DNA from: Lingula anatina
Lineage: Eukaryota > Animalia > Brachiopoda
Assembly (NCBI GenBank): GCA_051362555.1
Contig: CM120643.1
Coordinates: forward strand, 13,490,644-13,554,643
Direction: 5' to 3'
DNA: 64,000 bases
Part shown: in pieces, positions 1 through 12,152 of the stretch
Layout of the letters: each line of letters opens with the position of its first letter
How positions within the stretch are numbered: the first letter of the stretch is position 1
Notes under the pieces: model-generated
Databases searched by the model: none
The model's input: the letters and a program-made list of their open reading frames with translations, nothing else
What the model was told of the DNA's origin: nothing
Made by a program: the position numbers and the translations under genes

Positions 1-160
1 GAATTTCTTGTTCCCCAGCAAAATTCATTTAGGCAGACTGCCCTAAAGTCAGCTTTTTTTCTAGTAGCGGGGGCCTCGTCATATTATACAGATATTAGAG
101 GATCTGAGTACTTAAATATTGCACCTCTGCTATATATTTGTCTGTACATTGCATTTATAG

Positions 161-3100
161 GTTGGAATGCTAGAACATGTGATTACACAACCCATACAGA
201 AGACGCGGGTGTTGTATGTGACACCTCGGGCTCAGTGGGTATGGTACGCTTATCGCACGGGGAAACGACCACGACAGGACGGTTGGAAGCGCATCATGGC
301 GGGAAATGGGGTGTCGTCTGCGCAAGGTCAAACACCGTTAACGACGTTACAAACGTCGCTTGTGTCGTTTGCCGACAACTTGGACATCTAGGAGGGACTG
401 TCTTGGCGAGCAGAAGTGTGCCCTCTAACGGTGCTGTCCTCTCCGGGCTTTCATGCACGGGAAATGAAAGTGCAATAACAGACTGCACGCACGATCCCTG
501 GGGAAGTCCGTCCACAACCTGCTTTGATAGTTCTGTGAGTTTGCTTTTAAAAAGTAAAAAAAAAAAAAAAACATTTTAAGACCTGTTTCAGAAAAAATGG
601 TATCTTTCCTATTGAAAACAACATAAACTTACAATCTATCAGTGCAGATAAGAACATTATCGTGGATAATGACATCGGCATTTATAGGTCAATATTACAC
701 CCATCCGTGAAGTGAAACATTAGAATCTTTGTAAAAGGCAGCAAAATATAATTTATACATTAATCATTTTTGCTCTGTTCGATTTTCCTCTTCGTAATTT
801 TAAAAAGGGCTTCTTGTACATTAATTTTCCAGGCGATATGGATTGCGTGTGATAGAGATATCGTAACCCTGGATGGTTCCCTAAGGCTAATTGGTGGAAA
901 TACATCCAATGCTGGACGCCTAGAGATGTACTATTATGGGGATTGGCGCTCCGTAAGCAAATGACTCGCCTAATTCATTTTGCGTCACTATTAAGTGTTT
1001 CCCATGCTCTCAAGTTTAACTATCAAAATTTAATATTCATAATTTCAGATTCCGTGTTTCCAACGTTGAATAGTGGCAAATGATGCACTGATAAATCTAC
1101 GTCAAAATCTATATTTGCCAAGAAACAAAATTGAGGCAGACATATACCTTTGTTGACACAGTGTCATTTATCTGTTCTTAATTGGAAATCCCGTACTTGG
1201 TACATAATGTATAATACAATGTGATGAACATGTAATTGTATCTTATTTTAGATGTGCCGCAGCATCTGGACAAATCACAAGGCGACAAACGCCAAAGTTG
1301 CCTGCTCTCAGTTAGGGTTCGTTTTCGCGTCTAAAGAACTGACCACAGAGTTTGGACAGGGTGCAGCGATTGTTCATCTCCAAGAGGTAAGTTATAAAAT
1401 GTGCCATTTTGTTCTGCAATATATACTTCATTAAGGTCGTTTCAAAAAAGTTTTGGTAAAATTTTTCACTACTTTGTTGTGATTTTTTTTCAAAAAACTC
1501 TAAAGCACGCAAAATTTGGATGATGGACCATCATTGGTTGTATTAAGCCTTTTCTGCACTGGGTTTTCAGCTACGTTGTACTGGTTCCGAGGACAGTATA
1601 CTTGGCTGCAGTCCATCCCTGGGCCCAACACCGCCATTATCCTGTCCCCATGTCGGAATTGTTTGTGAAGGTAACTTTCACACCGTCCCACATGTTAAAC
1701 TTTTTGTGGAGTTAATGGGGAAAATAAAATAGATAAATAAAATGTGATAAAACTACCCTGCGCCTCACTCCCAAAAAGGCAACATACGCAGGCCCTCTGA
1801 ACCATTCATTTTTCTAAAATGTAATCAGGAGTCTTAATTGTAAACTGGACGTTGACGTACGGCGCGTTCCGTTTAGCGTTGTGTTCATGCATTTTACTTC
1901 GATTGCACACTATATAGGCAATATATACGTCTTTCATTGATAGCCTAGTCTGGACACATCGTGCGTTCATGGCAGTATACTGCATTTCGTTTTTGTTTTC
2001 CTTAATCTCACTACTAGCGTCATTTATTCCTGCTGAGACCTGTCAATGCTTTCCAGGTCGCCATTTTCCAAATAGCACTCGCCTGAACGACGGACAGAGA
2101 GCAGACGGCTATGAAGGGCTGTTGGAAGTTTTTGAACAGGGACGATGGTACACCGCCTGCACACAGAAGTTCACCGAGAGAATGGCGGATGTCGTCTGCA
2201 AAGAAAGGGGTTATACAAAGTTTCTCGCCTTCCACTATTTCCCTGTGATACCCTCTGCTGATACATTCGTCACCAAGGCAATTTGCACGGGTACAACAAT
2301 TGATGCTTATACCTTTGAAATAAAGTATGTCTTGGCGTACGCATTATCTCAAGCTACACGTCCTTCAAATAAACGTTCTCTACGTCACGATAATGAAGCA
2401 TCTGTTATAACTGTTCCGTCTTAAATAACATAAAATAACATAACTCATGGTCGCAAATTGCAGGCAATGAAACTCGCTTGAGCCAGTGTCCACACCACGC
2501 ATGGATTCGAATGGTAGACCATTGTGCCTCATACAAAGGCATTATATGCTACAGGCAGCCCCTGTCCCCGGAGAAAGGTACCTCGACACTAGGAGTGTCA
2601 GGCGGTGAGTATGACCAACTACGCTATCCCAAATGGATCGTTCAAAAAGAACACAAATGCTCTCCAGACATATATAATATATAGGCCATCAGGCTCACCC
2701 CTAATATTTTGAGCGTAGGTACCAATTGGGTGATCTTTGAACACCTGAGTTGATATCGCGTGAAGGTTCATTATGTCAGGATTCAGTGTTTCATCAAACC
2801 CTTTGAATATAGACAGAAATTATCATAATCCATCAATAACATTCTTGACTTACATTCTCAATATGAAAAAACTTTATTGGTTTATTTTTTGAAGAAAATA
2901 CCTCAAATTTGACCTTATGTGACCCTTGACACAATTTAACTTTACCCTATTCTCTAGAACAACCCTTAGGCTGCATAATGATTATACATTATTGCTTTAT
3001 CTTATCTTTGTTTCATATTACGGATGATATCGTTCCCAACCCAACAACCCCATATATTAGATACGGTCTTTTAAGCAACAGGGTATTAATAAGTGACCGT

Positions 3101-6100
3101 TTACATGATGAAAGCTGCTGATTTGAAACTGCTACCAAACAAAAACTGACTCCTGACCAAAACTGACTCCTGATACCAATTAGCCTCAGTTACCTAATTG
3201 GCACCAATTGGCACCCCTATACCAGATGAACTAAAACGTGCTTTGGCTGTTGAGAGAATTATCCTGTAGCAAATTTTATACACATTCATTCAGGGTATAA
3301 CATGGGGCTTTTCTTTTTTGAGACAGCTTTCGATTGGCTGCCAAGAATGACCTTGGTTTTTTTCAGGTTGCGGGGCTGGTGCCAGTACGTCAAGCGGGGA
3401 CGGCAACTCGGGCTGGCTGCAGACGCCGCTTTACCCAAACCTGTTTTATGACAACAATGTGGCCTGTATCTGGGCCATTGTTGTGCCCGTGGGATATACT
3501 ATTAATGTGCAGTTTAAAGGTAAGTGTTTACTATTGCTTTTCGCTTGATAACTATACAAGTGTCTATCATATTTTGTCCTTTTGTTAATAAATTTACATA
3601 TATTCATTTATACGTTTATTTTTCCATGTATAAAAAAGTATGATGTTCGTCGTTACTATAATTATTGTTATCATTGTACAACAATTAGTCTGCAATAGTC
3701 GGTAATAGTTCTCATCATTATTTATTTATTTATTTGTTGCTTTATTTTTGTTTCTTTTGGAATTTTGTGTTTAGGGTTATATGATGATTTGTTGTTTAAG
3801 GTGGCGATTGAATGAAAACTGTAATGCTTGTAGGGGTGGACAGATTTCAGAGTAACAGTACAATTTCTATTGATTTTTCAAAGACGGTTCGAAGACTGAA
3901 GCATCATATGATACTGTAAAGTTGTTCACAGAAGTGGAGAATTTAGCTACCCTTATCGAAACCCTCTCTGGGCCTCTGCCTAATAGTAAGTTTTGTTTTG
4001 TCTCTTACACTACCTTCATTTTAAGTATATTTGTGCTTCATTTTTCTTGTTTTTTTCATATTGTTTTAACATTTTAAAAGATGTAATTTGCGTAAAAGTG
4101 ATTTATGCGTCAGGAATATGGCATGTAACACAAAAATGAAAGTCCCCTATAGTATCTTCTTATCCGCCACAGCATCCACATGTACATCCGGCCAGTTCAT
4201 ACCTTTATTTCCAATCAGTGTGGACCAGTATTTCCATTTAGGTCATATTAAAAAAATTCGCAAACATTGTGTCCGGATTCATAAAAACATTCAGATTTAT
4301 AATATTAATATTTAATGTGAAATTCAAAGTCTCATCGCTGAAGCCTGCCTCTTCTCTAACATTTATTGTGGCCAACAGTGAATGCAATTTAAATAACAGC
4401 ATTTCAGTATTTTTGGTAGATTTGTTCTTGTTCAAGATCTTTGCCCCTCTATGTTTGTGGGAGATCATAATTTTTCATTATATCCCTATTTTAGACATTG
4501 GAACCAGTACACCATTTGAGCTAAAACTTTCTAACTACAAAATGTTCATGCCTTATTTCAAAAGCATCGTTTGACCGCATATATTAGCTGTGATTTGTTA
4601 ACTTGACCGTTTTTATAAAATAACTTCTGCTGTTTTACACAATCACTTGCAAACGTGTTAGTAAAAATACATTTAAATTGAAATATTTATATATTACTTG
4701 ATACAAGGTCGCATCCATCTTGACGCTAATGTTGCATTAGTGGAGTTTAAGAGTGATGCCTCAACGGGTGAAGTAGGATTCCGGTTGGAGTATACAGCTG
4801 TTCTACGTAAGTTCATGAGGATGAAGTAATGCTTTATCCTATGAGGGGTCATTACCAATGAAACAATCGGTCCACGTAGCTCGATCCAACTCCGCGGGGA
4901 CTCGATGAATGCCATCATATTAACGCTTTTCAGTATCCCACTCAAGGCCAAGAAAGGGCGTGTTAATGTGTGCATCTGATTGCACTCAGCGAGAGTCCCT
5001 GTGGAGTTTGATTGATCTACGTAGAACGATAGTTTCATTGGGAATGACCCCTTGGAAGTATTTTAATTGAGGTATTTATTTTTTGACTGTTTCATTTCTT
5101 TTTTATTTTCCATTGGTTGATAAAATTTAAAAACTAGCAGATGATTAATAGTTGTTATATATTTACCATTATAAATACAATCGGGAATGGCAATGCTAAT
5201 ATAATGTTTTGTTAACATTGATTGTATTGGATAATCTCCATGTACTAGTTCAAGGAAACCCTGTCAGGTTAGATATTAACAATTTTATAACAATGTATAT
5301 GCTTAGTTGCTATCAGAGTATCCTTCCTTTTTGCAGCAGATTCCAGCAATTTGTGTTTTCTTTTTTATTCACTTTCAGCGCCAAGTACACCGGCGTCCAC
5401 TTTATCAAATACGTTCAGTGTTTCTAGCCGTAATTATCAGTTTATATTTCAGTCGGTATCTTGCTTTGCTGCCTACTCGCTTGCTTTTTAAATTAGTTGA
5501 AAATTTAGCTTTTATTCTTCTGTACGTTTTTGAGTATACAGTTGTCTAAATTTTAATTCAAACGTACCTCTCGCTTTGACCACAGTTACGCCAAATTAAA
5601 GCCGGGTGACACCAGTCGAGTTTATAAAAGCACCTAGATTACCTCAGCGAAGAGAGGCGGCAATTTCGTTTGTCCCTTCTTTATACCAATAATGAAATCT
5701 GTTTACTTGTGCCACATGATACTTTTTAAAAGAATTTTAACAGTTTGAAACTAATGAAACACCTCACTGTTATTTTTATCTGCATTCATGATTAATCTCA
5801 TCTGCGCTTGACACTAGCTTTCACTTAATACCTTCTCTTTGGTACCCACTGTAGATCTGGAAAAGTGGCTCATAAATGTAAAGCAGATATACATGTATTT
5901 CTACAAGCAACATGGCAAATTTTAAATCTAAATTACAGATAAGGAGAATAGTAGGACATTTTAATTGTATAGCTTTGAAAACTTTCAACTATTTTTTCTC
6001 TTAACTATTGCGTTCTGTTAATACACAATGTCAAACAAAACACAAGCTACCATGTAATAGATATCACGAAATTAACTCATTTCCCGCATGGATATTCCAG

Positions 6101-6209
6101 CATTTAGGTAGTACCACACCTTACTTTATTAAATTAGATATATGTCACAGGGCAAGCCAGCGGGTGGCTTCTGCAATTTCAGTTGGTTATTCATAAATTT
6201 TAAAAAAAG

Positions 6210-6247
<38 letters not shown>

Positions 6248-7753
6248 AAATCCACCTGCCAGTTCTTCACAAACTTTCCAATAAAACTTTTTTCAGGCAC
6301 CACTACCGCAACTTTTCCACCCACAACAACATCACCAGGTGAAAAAGAAGGTAGGTTCAGCCGCCGTCGTTGCCTCATGGATGTTATTATCACAAAACTG
6401 TGCTTTTTCATCTACACCGTCTTTAGAAAGCTTGCCCCACATGTAGATAGACACGTTTTGGTATGATAGTTTGTTAAAAAAAATAAGAGCACCATTAATT
6501 TAACCAAAAGATTGTAATTGTTTGATTATAAATAATTACAAGTGAATTGTTTGATTATTAGTAATTATAAGTAAGATTATAAGTAATTTCTGTCTGTCAA
6601 TCTAAATTAACCATGAGCTATCCACTTTCAATTGTCGTTGAAACGATGATAGTCACATAATGTGTTTAATGTGTTTTTTTTTGGTAACTGAAGGTTCTGA
6701 GAGTGGCAAGCTGGTAGTTGCTGTAGTGGTACCGGTGGTTGTGCTGGCAGTGGCAGGAACCATAGTAGTCGGGCTGTGGCTCTTTTTGTACAAAAAGAAA
6801 GCTGCAAACAATAAGTATGTATTGCACAGGATAGGCGTCAATAATTTGAATATTAGATCACTGATATGTTATTTTACTTCCAACATATTTGTGCGTGCAG
6901 AAGAAAGTTGAGTAGGCATACAATTTATATAAATAGTGTGCAGTTACAAAGGGTACCCATGTTTTTTTTACAAATAGTTCGTAATTATCACAGTATGGGT
7001 ATTACCATCTCACTCACTCCAGTTCATTTCCAATTTCTAAGTGGTAGGTTCAGCAGTCTGCTTAATCTACGCGACAATGAAGTTAGGCCATCGTCAGCGT
7101 CCAGCACGGCTAGTCAACTATCGGTAGCCCCGCAGGAAGTGATGCCCCAAGCCTCACCTACATATAACAGTCTAACTTTAACCTCCACTGGCGACCATAT
7201 GTACACAGGCCTGGATGACGGTTATGCCCGTCTTCATAATTCAGGTCAAGGTCAAGGACATTACGCCACTTACCACCGGGATGGCAAACCTCGACTGGAG
7301 TCTGCTAACTACGATGACTTCTATGCTCAGATACCTCCAGCTGCTACAAATTTTTCATATTCCACCGATCATTCGCGTAATGTAACCGTCTCTGAAGACA
7401 AGGATGAAAGAAATAGCCATTCTGGTTCATGGGAAAATCACGCATTTCAAGTTGGTGGAGCCTCTGGAAGTCCTGGTGACATCCCTAGTCAGTTTTTGTG
7501 TCCAATCACAGGCAGTCTTATGAAAGACCCCGTTACTGCAAGTGACGGTTATACATACGACAGAGCAGCAATAACACAGTGGCTCAGCGGGAGTAGACTG
7601 TCGCCTGTTACAACCATTCCTTTGTCCAGTCAGAACTTGGTGCCAAATGATCGGTTGCGCAAAAGTATGGCAACGTGGCGGTCTAATAATCAGGGCAGTC
7701 GCATTTCACTGAACTCACGTCCTTGTACACCTATGACTGATGTAGAAGCATGA
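161..7753 (+). CDS. Multi-exon SRCR(n>=4)-CUB-S/T stalk-TM-Tyr motifs-U-box protein (scavenger-receptor-like membrane E3 ligase); 5' end lies upstream of window
   Basis: GT-AG exons in continuous phase: 161-534, 833-952, 1252-1386, 1571-1670, 2057-2290, 2464-2604, 3367-3519, 3884-3985, 4708-4806, 5379-5429 (less sure), 6297-6350, 6694-6814, 7042(or 7048)-7753. SRCR motifs: HTEDAGVVC, VRL..G...GRLE..H.GKWGVVC, LRLIGG...AGRLEMYYYGDW, CTGNE..L..C.H..W. CUB motifs: GWLQTPLYP..YDNNVACIWAI, YDTVKLF, VEFKSDAS..EVGFRLEY. TM LVVAVVVPVVVLAVAGTIVVGLWLFLY followed by KKK. U-box IPSQFLCPITGSLMKDPVTASDGYTYDRAAITQW..SPVT...L...LVPNDRLR. Confidence 0.85.
4845..5051. mobile_element. MITE with long terminal inverted repeats (family A, copy 1)
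   Basis: Starts GGGGTCATTACCAATGAAACAATCGGTCCACGTAG and ends CTACGTAGAACGATAGTTTCATTGGGAATGACCCC (imperfect TIR); related copy at 23221-23348. Confidence 0.75.
7478..7681 (+). other. U-box domain coding region (terminal exon of receptor gene)
   Basis: DIPSQFLCPITGSLMKDPVTASDGYTYDRAAITQWLSGSRLSPVTTIPLSSQNLVPNDRLRKSMATW matches the U-box consensus P..F.CPIT..LM.DPV...DG.TY.R.AI..W.....SP.T...L....L.PN..LR..I..W. Confidence 0.95.
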
Positions 7754-9310
7754 TAATTTATAACGCAATTTTTAGCCAGATTAAAATGTAAATGAATGTC
7801 ATATGGAAGTGCCGTTTAATGGCCTGGGGATAAAAACTTGGGTTTAAGGCCTATCTCGGTTTCAACATTTTCTCTTAAAATCAATTCAATCCAAGTACAC
7901 AATGTCAAATCACCAAAACATTCATTACAATGTATATATTCGTTATACACTGTACATAGTCTAGTATTCCACCTTGCCAGTTAACTGATCCAGAAGGTGG
8001 TGAATTCAACCAGTGCTTGTTGAGGTTTTGGATCTCTGTCTTGACACTCTGTCCACCATTCTGTCTTGCCAAGCAACGGAACCAGCAGGTAAATTGCGCC
8101 AATGTTTGTTGGGGTTGCGTTGCATCTTGTCTTCTATGGAAGCTCTGTTGGGTGCCGACTTCTACAGTGTTGGCAAGGTTTTGGCCCCTTCCCCGTGCTC
8201 CAGACTTCCAGTAATTTATAGGAATATCACAATTACAAATACTGATATTTGAAGTGTTTGACACCAATAAAATCTCAGAAACAATTCAATAAGCGAAGCA
8301 CGCGTGCTATTTTGGACTAATACAATTACTGATATTGGTGAGTAGTGTTTAGTCTCATAATAACACACACTGAGGAAGGTGGCTGTGTGGCCGAATGCTT
8401 TGTTTCTGCTTTTTCATTTAGTGTAGAAAATGAAACGTTTAAACCTATGATTATCGTCGAAAGACAACACAAATTTTTTTATCAGAAAATTTACTTTATT
8501 ACTGAATTACTCTCGTCGCAAATAATAGCCTCGAAACTAACGGTGATATTGCTATTAGCGCTCAGTGGCAAATTGCGATGCCTTCGAATTACGCAATAGC
8601 GACGAATCGCCATGCTTGCGCTCTGTCGCAATTTGCAATGATTTCGAGTTGTGGAGCCCCTGGTCTCGCCCCGACAGCTCATGGTCGTCTTCTCCGCCTA
8701 CTTCTCCGCCTCTGGATCAATTGTTGGATTTGGACAAGTTGATAGTTATGTTGTTGGATTGCAGCAACAATCAGACGGCGTCTTTGGGGTTCCATGCTGG
8801 ACTTAGACTGACAACGATGTCGCTTTCTGCCCGATTTATACACCAGTTTTGGTGTATGTTAAGCGGTCGTTATCCATCGCTTATTGTTTACAAATCGGAC
8901 GCAACACAAACGCTTTAGCTCGTGATGGGGAAGCTCAACATAACGGATTGCATACTTCATACATACTCTTCCAGATCGCTAGCAACCCGCAATTACCCGT
9001 GAGTTGCGGATAAGAGCCGATAACAGCGCATGTATTGCATATGAATTGCGGATATTGCGCATGACGTCCGAAACCCAAATATTATGCAGCTCAAAACCCC
9101 CTGGAACGGAAAAATTGCCTCAGCGGATAATTGCGGACGTATGCAGGTATTGGCCGACTGATTCATGTACAAGCATTTATCACGAATATTTGCGGAGGTT
9201 TAGCGAATATCAACCAATTTTGTGCGAAATTCATGCGCATTTCATCCTAAACGCCAATGGGGCCGGGCCTTTGCAAGACATAAAGAACCGTAGCTCTGGG
9301 TCGAAAAGAT

Positions 9311-9513
9311 AACTACTCAGCGGCAATCAATCAACTCGGTGAAGAGAGCAGCCAGCTGCGTGAATTATTGTGAATTGCAGAACACACCGATTGAACATCA
9401 ATATCAATCAACTCAATGAAGAGAGCAGCCAGCTGTGTGAATTATTGTGGATTGCAGAACACCCTGATTGAACATCAATATCTTCACTCTCGGGTCTACG
9501 CCTGTTTGAGGGT
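9311..9513 (+). pseudogene. 5.8S rRNA pseudogene with internal tandem duplication
   Basis: Two copies of TGAAGAGAGCAGCCAGCTG(C/T)GTGAATTATTGTG(A/G)ATTGCAGAACAC..ATTGAACATC (5.8S core). 5'-like AACT..CAGCGG and 3'-like ACGCCTGTTTGAGGGT ends. Internal deletions; no flanking 18S/28S. Confidence 0.85.
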
Positions 9514-10135
9514 AATCGATTTTAGATGCGAAATCTTGGTCCCAAGATGCACGGGGATCAGATTGTCCTGAATTTTAGATTATAAACAAGTAGATCTACA
9601 CGTATAAGCCCCATAATAAAAAAATCAAATTCAATTTTTTTTTAATTTGAAGGACTCATTATATGTCGCTTATTAAAATCTATTTTTGCTGATGACTTTG
9701 CCTTAATAGATTGAACAATATATACCACACACACATACACACACACCCCCACAGACACACAAACAAGCACACCCCCATTCAAACACACATATACTTAGTG
9801 TACACACTAACATGTGAAATTTCATAGCTTGTTATGATGAACAACTTTAATTTCACATTTAAATTCGACCAGAAACTCAACATTTACGAGAAATAAAACA
9901 AAAAACGCCCCTCTCCCTTTTTTCTGTTGCTGCTATTTTTCACTAAATTATGATAGTCCTGCATTTTACAAACTCTGGCCAAAATAGTGAGGCTAGTTAA
10001 AATGTGGCGTACATTGTGCGTCTCGACCTTCATTCCGGGTGTTATTTTGCTAAAATCTGGTATTTAGAATCATAATAACTTCTCATCAAAGTCAAGTTGC
10101 ACGTGCTCTCGAAGGGCTCACCGCTTGCAGTGCGG

Positions 10136-10207
10136 GCCGTGATCGTATAGTGGTTAGGACTTCTCGTTGTGGCCGAGACAACCCAGGTTCGAATCCTTGC
10201 CACGACA
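10136..10207 (+). tRNA. tRNA-His(GUG)-like, probably a pseudogene
   Basis: GCCGTGATCGTATAGTGGTTAGGACTTCTCGTTGTGGCCGAGACAACCCAGGTTCGAATCCTTGCCACGACA. Intact A/B boxes, perfect anticodon stem TCTCG/CGAGA with GTG anticodon, T-run ~35 nt downstream. Two acceptor-stem mismatches and one T-stem mismatch. Confidence 0.8.
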
Positions 10208-10614
10208 GAGCTGTGGAATTCTGTCTTGGCATGCAGGTCGAATTTTTTTATTTGCTTAAAACACTGTTTACCAGTGCACATATATCAAAACAATTCCGAA
10301 ACAATTCCCAAATAATGTAGGTGTTACATTTGAGCTTATTGTTTTGTAAATAGCCTCGTAACGATGGCTAATAAGATACAATAAATATTTGATGAAATAC
10401 ATTTGCAAGCAAGTTGGGCTTAGCTCATTAATCCTTGAACCCCATCACATAATTTTGAATTTTTACATTGTGTGTATGTCTTTTTGTTTTAAATGATTCC
10501 ATGCAAAATAAAGGTTAAAATCAATAAACTACTGATAATGAGATGCAAGCGATAACCATGTATGCTGAGCCTTAGAATAAAGATATTATATCCCCATTAT
10601 TAGAAACATGACAC

Positions 10615-11296
10615 TGTAATATAATGTGCCCTTGACAAACAAGATGAGTTTGTCCTCCAACCCGACAGATCTCCATCAATCTTGACCTCTAGCACATCGG
10701 TTGGTCTCGTACTTTAACACACACGCGGGTCAGCAAAATATCTCGTGAACTATTTTGTGTCTTTTCTGGGCGTTGGATTCGGCTCGAAATCCCCATTCAT
10801 GTGACTGTCCATTAACGTCGTTAAAGACTTATGATACTGTTACTCATAATACTGACAGTGTCGTCGGCAATTTATTTTTGTTTGTTTGTTTTTGTTTGTC
10901 TTGATCTGTTTACTTTGTGTTGTCTCGTCTTGGAGCGAGAGAAGCTCTCTTATGTCTCGTGGATGATTAGTGTTCAGTTGAATGATAAACGTCACCATGT
11001 AGGAGATAGCCTTTTGTCATGGTTTGGACACGCCCGTTATCGTAGGCTACATTAAGCAAATACGTGGAGGCAAAATTGTTATGTACGTACTTTTTAGTTA
11101 TTTAAAGTATGCGTTTCATTGTAAAGTCTTCATTTTATTATTTGTATTAAGTTGAAATTTTGATATTGATGTTTATTCTTTTACTTTCTTTTGTTTCATT
11201 TGTTTCACTTTCAGCTCACCGTCGTCATCTAGTCTCTAGACACGCGTGTAAATAAATGTGTTCCTCCACTGAATATTTGTGTCGTCATTTGCTACA
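10615..11296 (+). mobile_element. Possible solo LTR
   Basis: Begins TGTA, ends TACA, with AATAAA ~40 nt before the 3' end and a relatively CpG-rich interior; no TSD found. Confidence 0.3.
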
Positions 11297-12152
11297 GTAT
11301 AAAGGATCTAAGTATTGAATAATTGTGTTTTATCAAGTACCAATACCGTTTAAAGATGTTGTTACGCAAACTTGAAGATCGGTCTGTCTTACACGTGTCA
11401 CCTGAACTTTCCCGTGCTCTCAGTCAGGTGGTCAAGACGAGCCAAGACAAGCCTTTTTTTATCCAGCACAGTTACATTGTGCATTTATAAGATATTAAAA
11501 AACGCGCAAAGAACTTAGCTAGACAACTTTCCTGCTTGCAGTGCACTCACATCTATTTCATAAATTCAAAATATGAAATAGGGCCTACATAACAAACAAT
11601 TAGACAGATAATCATATTAACATTGGTATAAGATTTTGATAAGCACCAAGTGCCATGTAGCCTAATTTCTAGGCCTTTGATCACTCAACGTCAAAGTGCC
11701 ATTTAACTATTGTTTGTAACGTAAGATATCTATTGCTGAAAGTACTGGAAAATAACAAAAATTGCTTGCTGTGAATTTACTTTCACTACACCTGATAAGA
11801 CATTTTCAACATTTCTAGATATTTTTAATTGTAAAAAGAATTTTTTAAAGATTTTATATAACCTTTCTGTTAAGAAGTACATTACTAATTACATGAATCA
11901 CCACTAAAACACAAATAAATAATAAAATATTTCTGTTCTGTTTCTGCTCAGTTCCTCATTTTCTCGAAGAGACAACATATTGTATGAACATAAATGATGA
12001 AAAAAGATTTTTAAGTTATCAAATTTAATTTTAGTTCCAATGCTAGTAAACACACCATTCCAAGGAAAGTATCTATTTTAAATTATATGCGACAAACTCT
12101 GCTATGTTCATTCGATTAATTGATCTTTTCAATCTGTTAAATTGGTTTCAGT

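Noticed and set aside
6866-7041. N-terminal part of the 295-aa ORF as a standalone U-box gene start
   Set aside because: Non-ATG start and intron-like AT-rich sequence ending in a pyrimidine tract + AG; better explained as intron before the terminal exon
8560-9265. CpG-rich region with several short ORFs
   Set aside because: Looks like a decayed DNA transposon, but no matching TIR pair or protein motif could be established
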